From positions 1 to 6,092 of IMG/VR virus record IMGVR_UViG_3300020041_000032: a stretch of DNA of 6,092 bases; one strand, written 5' to 3'. The stretch comes from a virus. The notes under the pieces are model-generated. The model ran no database searches. It saw only the letters and a program-made list of their open reading frames with translations, and had not been told where the DNA came from. Below are positions 1-5,987 of this stretch, piece after piece. The position numbers and the translations under genes were made by a program. Position 1 is the first letter of the stretch; the number at the start of each line of letters is the position of its first letter.

Positions 1-109
1 CGGTATATCCCAAACGAAGTGGAGCCATGGAGGCCGAAGACGCGCAGCGTCCCAGCCGTTAAGGCTGTCGGCCGGCGAAACGTAGTAGTTTTCGCGCTCG
101 AAAGTACCG
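1..109. repeat. Terminal direct repeat, copy 1; assembly overlap of a circular genome (unit length 5983 nt)
   Basis: 1..109 (cggtatatcccaaacgaagtgg...ctcgaaagtaccg) matches 5984..6092 base for base, and the match runs to the last base of the window. This is the expected signature of a circular contig written linearly. Confidence 0.95.
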
Positions 110-122
110 TCTTTCGAAGCGC
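39..122 (+). other. Cluster of four adjacent GC-rich stem-loops in the large noncoding region; function unassigned
   Basis: Hand-paired. 39-43/47-51 is gacgc/gcgtc (5 bp, loop gca). 53-57/63-67 is cagcc/ggctg (5 bp, loop gttaa). 76-81/88-94 is cgaaac/gttttcg (6 bp, one bulge). 94-104/111-122 is gcgctcgaaag/ctttcgaagcgc (11 bp, one bulged A117, loop taccgt). Overlapping palindromes cggccg and gccggc lie at 69..76. Confidence 0.7.
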
Positions 123-141
123 AGAGTAATATTTTTAAATT

Positions 142-342
142 ATGGATAATTTCGATTTTAGGCCTAGGTTTTCTCCTGTTGTTGATAGCGTTTCTTATTG
201 CTATTCCGTTGGCGCATACAGAGGTAAAAAGCGAGTTGTTGTTGCTTGGTTTGCCGACGAAGGTTCTGCGAGAGATTATCTCGTTCGCTGTTGTCTTGAT
301 TATCCTAGTATTAAATTTGATTGTCTTCGAAGTATTTTCTAA
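142..342 (+). CDS. Hypothetical small protein (66 aa, 5 Cys), immediately upstream of Rep
   Basis: ATG at 142. Third codon positions are strongly T-rich, as in the recognisable genes. The TAA stop (340..342) overlaps the Rep ATG (342..344) as TAATG. I recognise no motif. Confidence 0.55.
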   Translation: MDNFDFRPRFSPVVDSVSYCYSVGAYRGKKRVVVAWFADEGSARDYLVRCCLDYPSIKFDCLRSIF

Positions 343-1412
343 TGCCTTGTTTATCTCCCATATGGATACGTAATCGGCGCTATTTCGACAAGAAGTACCC
401 TTGTCGTAATGGTTCTGACGTCGCCAAGTCGGCTTTAGCTCTTCGTCCTTGGGATGTCGCCCGCCAGTGGCTGATGGTTCCTTGTGGAAGGTGTGAAGAC
501 TGCTTGCGTCGTCAGCGTAATGATTGGTTTGTTCGCCTTGAGCGCGAACTTGCTCGCTGTAAGGCCGATTCTCGGCAGGCTATTTTTATTACGATAACAA
601 TATCACCGAAGTACTACGATGAAGCATTGCTAGATCCTTCTAAGTTTATCCGACGATGGAATGAGCGTATTCGCCATAAGATCGGTCACTCCTTTAAACA
701 TGTGTTTTTTCAGGAGTTTGGCACCCACCCAGAAACAGGACCGGCTCCACGTCTTCACTTCCATGGTTTTCTCTTTGGAACCGATTGTATGTACAATGAC
801 ATTCGATCAGCTGTTCGTGACCTTGGTTTCGTGTGGTTGGCGAAAGCAACCCACAAGCGTGCCCGTTACTGCGTTAAGTATGTTACTAAACAAATTCAGT
901 TTAACCCCGAGGAAATCTCGGATAAATTCGTTACTTTAAATGGAAAAATTACACCTTTGGCTAATCTCCTCCAACATCACCGCTATACGCGAAAATTCGT
1001 ATCTGCTGGCGTTGGTGATTTTCTTGGTTATATGCCTCGCCCTTCTGCTCGTGTTTCGTCGTGGTCTTATTTCGATTTTGAGAAGCGCATCAATTATAAT
1101 TACTCGATTCCTCGATACTATCTTAGATATCTTAAACAGGAGGACGAGGTTTCGCGTTCGATTGCCGCTGCTGATGCTTATGCACGTTTCAGCAAGTCTC
1201 CTCTGGTTAAGCGTATTGTGTCTCTGTGTGTTGAGCGGTTCGGTCTCAATTCCTCCGTATCCCGTAGAGAGACGTATACGTGGGAGCAAAAGCAAATGAT
1301 GCGTTTTTCTGCTTCCTCTCGCAAGATGCCTGATTTTGAACCTCCTGCCTGGTTGGATTTGGACATTCTTCAGTTTTGGAGAGATCATTATAAACTTCAA
1401 CTAATTATTTAA
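342..1412 (+). CDS. VP4: Rolling-circle replication initiation protein (Microviridae VP4 / gpA-like HUH endonuclease)
   Basis: The ORF-track start at 321 is a TTG; the first ATG is 342, giving MPCLSPIWIRNRRY. Motifs present: CGRCEDCLRRQRNDWFVR Cys cluster, motif 1 FITITISP, HUH motif LHFHGFLF (HFH at 756..764), and two-tyrosine motif YCVKYVTK (Tyr codons at 867..869 and 879..881). Stop TAA at 1410..1412. Confidence 0.93.
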   Translation: MPCLSPIWIRNRRYFDKKYPCRNGSDVAKSALALRPWDVARQWLMVPCGRCEDCLRRQRNDWFVRLERELARCKADSRQAIFITITISPKYYDEALLDPSKFIRRWNERIRHKIGHSFKHVFFQEFGTHPETGPAPRLHFHGFLFGTDCMYNDIRSAVRDLGFVWLAKATHKRARYCVKYVTKQIQFNPEEISDKFVTLNGKITPLANLLQHHRYTRKFVSAGVGDFLGYMPRPSARVSSWSYFDFEKRINYNYSIPRYYLRYLKQEDEVSRSIAAADAYARFSKSPLVKRIVSLCVERFGLNSSVSRRETYTWEQKQMMRFSASSRKMPDFEPPAWLDLDILQFWRDHYKLQLII

Positions 1413-1415
1413 TTT

Positions 1416-3239
1416 ATGGGAAAACAACCTTTTATTTCTCACGTTGTAAATGGTTACTCTCGCTACGATGTTCCTGAGAGTAAGGCTTTTACATGCACAC
1501 CGGGTATTTTGTATCCGGTGCGAATCGATTTTATTAATTCCCGTGACCGCGTTTCTATTGAGCAGGGTATTGACGTTCGTAGTAACCCGCTTGCCGTCCC
1601 GACGTTCAATCCCTACACTATTCGTTTGCATCGTTTTTGGGTGCCGCTTCAGTTGTATCACCCGGAGTTGCGGACAAACAGTAGTAAGTTCGATATGAAC
1701 GACCTCTCCTTGAATTGGATTAATGCGGTTCCAGGAATTCCTTCGTCCGGCGCGACGCCTTCGGTTACTTCAACTTTTTCTAATTCGCTTATGTATTGGT
1801 TGCGCGTGTCTAACCGCGTCGTTAATTTCAGTACGCCCGCTTCAACTTCCGGCATTGTCCTTCCCTCGGGTATTGTTGGAGGTGTTTGGGCTAATGCTGA
1901 TACGTATCTCGCCTATTGGGATATCGTCCGAAATTACTATGGTTATTCGCAGTGGGGACTCTACTCCTTTGCTTGGCCCGCCTCTTGGTATTACACCGTA
2001 ACAGGTCGCTCTACTGCCTCTAACGGCACCTATGTGTTTAATTCGAATTCTTCGGATGCTTTTTTCACCCAACGTTATGGTAATCTTGAATTCCTTGACG
2101 CCTATTTTGAGAGTCAATTTTATCCTGCCGCTGTAGCGTCTTCCAATAATACCTATTGTCGTTCTGCTTTGCTTCGACAGATTATCGCCTCCGATATTGC
2201 ATCTTCCGGTGCTGCCGCCGGTGCTGTCGGTGACGGTTATCCGGTTGCGGCTCAACCGACCTCGCTTCAGATTTGGGGTAGTTCGGCTCCCGTCGGCCAG
2301 TTTAGTTCGCTTGACGATACAAAGGGCCTCGCCGAGCCTATTGTTTTTAATCTTGCCCATCCTATGGCTGTCGTCCCGTCCAATCCTGACCGATTTAGTC
2401 GGCTTCTTCCTATTGGTAGTAGCTCCGCCGTTTCGATGACTGGCGTTCAAACTATTCCTCAGTTGGCTATCGCTTCCCGTCTTCAGGAATACAAGGATTT
2501 GCTTGGCGCCGGTGGCAACCGTTATAGTGATTGGTTGGAGACGTTTTTTGCTTCGAAGATTGAACACGTCGACCGTCCGAAGCTCTTGTTTAGCGCTTCG
2601 CAGACCGTTAATGTTCAAGTGGTTATGAACCAGTCCGGATTCAACAATTTTGGAGGTGATTCGTCCGTAGGTCCGCTCGGTCAGCAAGGCGGTGCTATTG
2701 CCTTTAACGACCGCCTCGGTCGTCGTCAGTCTTATTACTTCCGCGAGCCTGGCTATATGATCGATATGTTGAGTATTCGGCCTGTTTATTTCTGGTCGCA
2801 GATTAAGCCCGACTATTTGAATTATCGAGGTTCGGATTATTTCAATCCGATTTACAACGATATAGGTTATCAGAGCGTACCTAATTGGCGTTTTGGCAAT
2901 CTTGTCGGTGGCGTCGTTGAATCTACTTTTTCGCAAGAGCCTTGCTTTAATGAGTTTCGAGCCTCTTATGATGAAGTTTTAGGGCAAATCTCTAGCACCG
3001 CAGGAAATGTCTCCGGTCGCCCTCTTTATGCTTACTGGGTGCAGCAACGTCAATTAAATTGGAGTTCCTATTGGCCGTCAAAGGCTGATTATGCGCCCGC
3101 CCTTTTTGTCGATTTGTCGCAGGTTAATTCTCCTTTCTTTTCGGATGTAGAAGATAATTTCTTTGTGAATATGTCTTATGCTGTCCAGAAGAAGAATCTC
3201 CTCAACAAAACTTTTGCAACCCGTTTGTCTAATCGTTAA
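1416..3239 (+). CDS. VP1: Major capsid protein (Microviridae F / VP1 family), 607 aa
   Basis: It is the largest ORF. The N-terminal region (SRYDVPESKAFTCTPGILYPVRIDF...TIRLHRFWVPLQLY) has the layout of microvirus F/VP1 proteins: an SRS-FD-like segment, G-x-L-x-P, then an FxVPxRL-like segment. Position after Rep and size fit. ATG is 3 nt after the Rep stop. Confidence 0.93.
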   Translation: MGKQPFISHVVNGYSRYDVPESKAFTCTPGILYPVRIDFINSRDRVSIEQGIDVRSNPLAVPTFNPYTIRLHRFWVPLQLYHPELRTNSSKFDMNDLSLNWINAVPGIPSSGATPSVTSTFSNSLMYWLRVSNRVVNFSTPASTSGIVLPSGIVGGVWANADTYLAYWDIVRNYYGYSQWGLYSFAWPASWYYTVTGRSTASNGTYVFNSNSSDAFFTQRYGNLEFLDAYFESQFYPAAVASSNNTYCRSALLRQIIASDIASSGAAAGAVGDGYPVAAQPTSLQIWGSSAPVGQFSSLDDTKGLAEPIVFNLAHPMAVVPSNPDRFSRLLPIGSSSAVSMTGVQTIPQLAIASRLQEYKDLLGAGGNRYSDWLETFFASKIEHVDRPKLLFSASQTVNVQVVMNQSGFNNFGGDSSVGPLGQQGGAIAFNDRLGRRQSYYFREPGYMIDMLSIRPVYFWSQIKPDYLNYRGSDYFNPIYNDIGYQSVPNWRFGNLVGGVVESTFSQEPCFNEFRASYDEVLGQISSTAGNVSGRPLYAYWVQQRQLNWSSYWPSKADYAPALFVDLSQVNSPFFSDVEDNFFVNMSYAVQKKNLLNKTFATRLSNR

Positions 3240-3250
3240 TATTACATTTT

Positions 3251-3547
3251 ATGGCACTAGATTGGATGATTGAAGACCGTGAAGGTTATGTTTCCCGCGG
3301 ACAGCGTATTCTTTCTGTTCTCGATGGCTCTGGCTCTGTCGATGTTCTCCCTGGTCGTCCGGATGTCGAGGCCTCCTCGTCTGATTTCGACAAGGGTGAA
3401 AGGTTTAACCCTGAAATCGATTTTGACCCTAATTCGTTTTCTCGTATGGATAAGTTTGATGGTCTCGAAGTTGGTCAGGAACTTATTGACTCTCAGCTCG
3501 ATAATCTTAAGCCTAGTCCGCCGTCTCCTAATCCTGAAGAAAAATAG
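3251..3547 (+). CDS. Hypothetical acidic protein (98 aa, D/E-rich, C-terminal PSPPSPNPEEK); possible scaffolding-type protein
   Basis: ATG at 3251, 11 nt after the capsid stop. T/C-rich third positions mark this as the primary frame here. The composition is strongly acidic. I recognise no conserved motif, so the scaffold role is inferred only from acidity and position next to the capsid gene. Confidence 0.6.
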   Translation: MALDWMIEDREGYVSRGQRILSVLDGSGSVDVLPGRPDVEASSSDFDKGERFNPEIDFDPNSFSRMDKFDGLEVGQELIDSQLDNLKPSPPSPNPEEK

Positions 3548-3569
3548 TATATCCTTTACTTGACGATAT

Positions 3570-3872
3570 ATGCTACGTGCGCGGACCCCTTCTGCGAGAG
3601 TTCGTGAATCGCTGAAGGTTATTGGTAACGACTGCAGGAGAGGCCGCGCATTTTTCTATCGTTCTTTAAATTTTACTATCATGTCTGATACTAAACTACC
3701 CTTTTACAAATCTAAAGCCTTTTGGACGCTCGTCTCGTCCATTGTCGCTGCTTTGGCTGCCTTTTTCTTGTCCTCGTGTTCCGCACAGGCAAAGGTTGCT
3801 CGAACAGGTGTTCATATTGATACTGTTCGCGTAGACTACATTATTCGCTCGAACAATTTTTCGATTCCGTAA
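3570..3872 (+). CDS. Small membrane-targeted protein, putative lipoprotein (100 aa from ATG 3570; 63 aa from ATG 3681)
   Basis: From ATG 3681 the product is MSDTKLPFYKSK-AFWTLVSSIVAALAAFFL-SSC-SAQAK. That is a Lys-containing n-region, a hydrophobic h-region and a lipobox L-S-S-C (Cys codon 3777..3779), leaving a 31-aa mature peptide. The upstream 37 codons (3570..3680) are Arg-rich and coincide with a long hairpin plus T5 run, so the shorter form may be the real one. The stop at 3870..3872 is 1 nt before the VP2 ATG. Confidence 0.6.
   Translation: MLRARTPSARVRESLKVIGNDCRRGRAFFYRSLNFTIMSDTKLPFYKSKAFWTLVSSIVAALAAFFLSSCSAQAKVARTGVHIDTVRVDYIIRSNNFSIP
3578..3655 (+). promoter_or_regulatory. Long imperfect hairpin followed by TTTTT; candidate terminator/attenuator or ssDNA structural element
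   Basis: Hand-paired 3578-3595 with 3634-3650: 15 Watson-Crick pairs, 1 G-T wobble, 1 mismatch (3588/3641) and 1 bulge (A3585). The 38-nt interior can form further short stems. T5 lies at 3651..3655. Confidence 0.45.
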
Positions 3873-3873
3873 T

Positions 3874-5154
3874 ATGAGACTCATTGATTTCAAGTCCTAC
3901 GTCGAGCCTGTTTCTACAGGTGCTATGCTTGGCGCTGCTGGCATTTCCGCTGGTGGTCAGGTCGCCTCTGGCCTATTCAAGCCCTCGCTCAAGAGGCAAT
4001 GGAAATATCAGCAGAAGCAAATGAAGCTTCAACAGCAGTACGCTTTGGAGCAGATGCAAAAACAAGGTGAAATCAACTATGCTAACTGGCAGAAACAGTT
4101 TGATTATGAGAATGCTTACAATGACCCCACGAAGGTTTTCGATCGTTACTTGAAGGCCGGCATTACCCCTGCTGCCGTCTTAGGTTCTTCAGGCGTTGGC
4201 GTCAATGCTACTATGTCTGGCGGTTCTTCGGGCTCCGTTGGTGCTTCCGGCCCTTCAGGCGGCTCTTTTGACTTCTCCAGTCCTCTGCCTCCTGGCGCTG
4301 GTTCTGCCGCTGCAGGTGTCGCTCTCGAGGCCATGGGTGTTAATTCGACTATCGAACGCAATAAGGCTGCCGCTAATCTCGATAATGCCCAAGCTGATGA
4401 CATTCGTAACAAGATGCCCACTAGGGAACAAGGCCAGGCCCTTATCGAGCTCGAGAAGCAACTAAAGCGAGCTAACATTGGCAGTCAGTCTTCGCTCGCT
4501 CGTTATTATGGTGAGTTGGCTATCAATCAGGAGGCTTACAACAAGTATGCAGACCTCGCTGCCACCTATGATTTTCAGCGTATTCAGGCCGCTTATGCTG
4601 AACAGGTTGAGCGCACTAAGCGTATTCGTGCTGAAAACGATGCTGAGATTCCTCTTCTCGAACAGTCTGCTGCCGCCAACCTTGCTTATCTTTGCGCTGT
4701 CGCCGATGCTGCTAAAGCTTCCGCACGTGAGTCCCGTTCTCATGCTGATATTCTTGACATTCAGCAGAAGGATATGCAACGCATGTTTGAGGTCACTTGG
4801 GAAACTCCTGTAAAGGTTCCCCTGATCAACGAGAAGGGTGAACCCTCTGGAGAATTTGAGGAGATTACAGGTCGCGAATATTATTCTTATCTTCGTGGCC
4901 TTGAGCTTGGTGAAGGTCGCCAGAGCCTGTCCGGTAACTGGTTTTCCATTCGCAAGAACAAGAACGCTCTGTTTTATGATGTTACAAAGGCTTTTGCTAC
5001 TGCCGCAGGCATCGCCGGTGCTTCCTACGTTGGTCGCAAGGCCGCAGGCCCTGCCGGTCCCGAAGGCTATGAGGAAGTGAGGGAGATTTACGGCCCATCG
5101 GGAACCCCGACTGCTAGCACCTATACTCGTCGTAACTATCATGAGAGAAATTGA
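3874..5154 (+). CDS. VP2: Minor capsid / DNA pilot protein (Microviridae VP2, gpH-like), 426 aa
   Basis: It is the second-largest structural-size ORF, downstream of the capsid gene as in VP1-VP2 gene orders. It has a Gly/Ala-rich N-terminus (GAMLGAAGISAGGQVASG), a Q/K-rich segment and a Gly/Ser-rich tract (about 4180..4325). A long Ala/Gln/Glu-rich helical region follows, consistent with H/VP2-type pilot proteins. The call rests on architecture and synteny, not on a recognised motif. Confidence 0.65.
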   Translation: MRLIDFKSYVEPVSTGAMLGAAGISAGGQVASGLFKPSLKRQWKYQQKQMKLQQQYALEQMQKQGEINYANWQKQFDYENAYNDPTKVFDRYLKAGITPAAVLGSSGVGVNATMSGGSSGSVGASGPSGGSFDFSSPLPPGAGSAAAGVALEAMGVNSTIERNKAAANLDNAQADDIRNKMPTREQGQALIELEKQLKRANIGSQSSLARYYGELAINQEAYNKYADLAATYDFQRIQAAYAEQVERTKRIRAENDAEIPLLEQSAAANLAYLCAVADAAKASARESRSHADILDIQQKDMQRMFEVTWETPVKVPLINEKGEPSGEFEEITGREYYSYLRGLELGEGRQSLSGNWFSIRKNKNALFYDVTKAFATAAGIAGASYVGRKAAGPAGPEGYEEVREIYGPSGTPTASTYTRRNYHERN

Positions 5155-5159
5155 ACATC

Positions 5160-5208
5160 TTTTTCGACTTTTTAAACTTTACGGATTGTTTGTTTTTGCT
5201 TATTTTTG
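5160..5208 (+). promoter_or_regulatory. AT-rich spacer with phased T-tracts and a TAnnTTTG motif; candidate internal promoter
   Basis: This is the only AT-rich intergenic spacer (5155..5234). T-tracts lie at 5160-5164, 5169-5173, 5178-5180, 5189-5191, 5193-5197 and 5203-5207, spaced about 9-11 nt. TATTTTTG at 5201..5208 fits the Bacteroidota -7 consensus TAnnTTTG, 27 nt before ATG 5235. Such matches are expected a few times by chance in this T-rich genome. Confidence 0.3.
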
Positions 5209-5234
5209 CATCGTAAACCAATAACCTCTTTATT

Positions 5235-5555
5235 ATGAAAAAGACTAGAGTTTCAACTATTTCTCAGTTGTCAACTGACGCTGTGGAATACTTGTTCTTT
5301 GAGTGGCTTCGCCGTCGAGGTGTATTTTCTGCTTTTAGATCAAACTGCGGGTTTGATAAGAGCCGCAATAACTCATTTCGAACTGTGCTTCGTAATCGAA
5401 TTCAATGTGTATTGCATTCGCCTTATGCAGGCATAGGCGATCTTATTTCTACGAGTTTCATATTCGCTCACACACCCGAAGGCCTTGCCTTTTGGTTTGA
5501 TTTGTCCTTCGCTTGGCGTCGTTTTTGTGCTGACTTTCAAAATAATTTTAAATAA
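5235..5555 (+). CDS. Hypothetical protein (106 aa, basic, Phe/Trp-rich)
   Basis: ATG at 5235 after the 80-nt AT-rich spacer. It is the longest ORF in this segment that starts outside another + strand gene. Third positions look less T-biased than in neighbouring genes. No recognisable motif. Confidence 0.55.
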   Translation: MKKTRVSTISQLSTDAVEYLFFEWLRRRGVFSAFRSNCGFDKSRNNSFRTVLRNRIQCVLHSPYAGIGDLISTSFIFAHTPEGLAFWFDLSFAWRRFCADFQNNFK

Positions 5556-5562
5556 TATCGTT

Positions 5563-5886
5563 ATGTCGCATATTCATGTTGTTATTCGTCGTATTAACCC
5601 TGCTATAAAGGTCGATCTTGTCCAGGTAGGCTGTCTTGAAGATGGCCAGTTTAAGACACTTCCTCTTGACACTCTTAAGGTTGCTCCTTTTTCGAAGTAT
5701 GTAGAGTGTTCCAGCGTTTCTGATTCGCCCTACATCGAGCATCATTCTGTTTCGGGTCTGATCGCATCTCTTATCTCGTATCCGAATTTTGCGATCGAGT
5801 TTTTCGATAATACTCTCGTTCTTATGTTTGACTTTGATTTGCCTGATGATGAAAGCTCGTCGGAAGAAGAAGGGAAAGGGCACTAA
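5563..5886 (+). CDS. Hypothetical protein (107 aa) with acidic C-terminal tail (DDESSSEEEGKGH)
   Basis: The ORF-track start at 5485 is a TTG inside the previous gene. The first ATG is 5563, 7 nt after the upstream TAA (5553..5555). Third positions are T-rich. A terminator-like hairpin follows downstream. Confidence 0.6.
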   Translation: MSHIHVVIRRINPAIKVDLVQVGCLEDGQFKTLPLDTLKVAPFSKYVECSSVSDSPYIEHHSVSGLIASLISYPNFAIEFFDNTLVLMFDFDLPDDESSSEEEGKGH

Positions 5887-5931
5887 AGTAGTGACCCGTC
5901 CGCTCGGTGGAAGAGTCCTTTGACTCACTAG

Positions 5932-5966
5932 GCCCCAGGAGATATCCCCTTCTCCTGTGGGCTTTT
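5932..5966 (+). terminator. GC-rich stem-loop followed by TTTT; intrinsic-terminator-like, or a stem-loop displaying ATATCC in its loop
   Basis: Hand-paired 5932-5941 (gccccaggag) with 5952-5962 (ctcctgtgggc): 10 bp with one bulged T5958, plus an optional A5942-T5951 pair. The loop contains atatcccc. TTTT at 5963..5966. It lies 46 nt after the last CDS stop. Confidence 0.55.
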
Positions 5967-5972
5967 GTATTC

Positions 5973-5987
5973 ACCGGCTTTGCCGGT
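5973..5987 (+). other. Perfect 6-bp hairpin (accggc ttt gccggt) spanning the linearisation junction
   Basis: accggc (5973..5978) is the reverse complement of gccggt (5982..5987), with loop ttt. GTATATCC follows at 5986..5993. Confidence 0.6.

Noticed and set aside
1-109. The 109-nt terminal repeat as a biological direct terminal repeat or LTR
   Set aside because: The identity is perfect and runs exactly to the window end. The family has circular genomes, so an assembly or linearisation overlap is the simpler explanation.
116-143. dif-like XerC/XerD site (agcgcagagtaatatttttaaatta), which could indicate Xer-mediated prophage integration as described for some microviruses
   Set aside because: The match to the E. 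coli dif consensus is only partial. A GCGCA core and an 8/11 XerD-arm-like TATTTTTAAAT are present, but the two arms cannot be aligned together with a 6-nt spacer. I also cannot evaluate host-specific dif sequences here.
312-319. Additional TAnnTTTG matches: TAAATTTG at 312..319 and TAAGTTTG at 3451..3458
   Set aside because: Both lie inside coding sequence. In a T-rich 6-kb genome a few matches to this degenerate motif are expected by chance, so they are not called as promoters.
321-341. N-terminal extensions in the ORF track: Rep from 321 and the last ORF from 5485
   Set aside because: Both listed starts are TTG codons. The first ATGs (342 and 5563) avoid long overlaps with upstream genes. 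ATG 342 gives the N-terminus MPCLSP and a TAATG junction.
1842-2936. Long minus-strand ORFs: 364 aa antisense to the capsid gene, 226 aa at 4462..5142, 154 aa at 936..1400, plus shorter ones at 1178..1366, 1401..1661, 1658..1855, 3696..3893, 4146..4478, 4255..4461 and 5548..5928
   Set aside because: They lie fully antisense to well-supported + strand genes. Their translations are low-complexity and rich in R, I, N, S and K, with no motifs. Microviruses encode all genes on one strand. Strong third-position bias on the + strand depletes stops in an antisense frame.
3558-3570. ACTTGAcgATAT resembling the phiX174 origin core (CAACTTGATATTAAT)
   Set aside because: Only a 6-mer plus a 4-mer match, and that needs a 2-nt insertion. 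This is expected by chance at this genome size. The ATATCC observation is better supported.
179-5080. Other + strand +1-frame hydrophobic ORFs nested in genes: 179..373, 661..939, 940..1299 (contains a strong TM-like stretch), 1450..1698, 1723..2001, 2197..2439, 4196..4465, 4478..4813 and 4838..5080
   Set aside because: All are in the +1 frame of the host gene. There the host's T-rich third position becomes the second codon position, which produces Leu/Phe/Ile/Val-rich sequence and few stops. This is a genome-wide compositional artefact. Only 3288..3563 was promoted to a finding, because it spans an entire small gene and matches the phiX174 D/E precedent. 940..1299 would be the next one to test.
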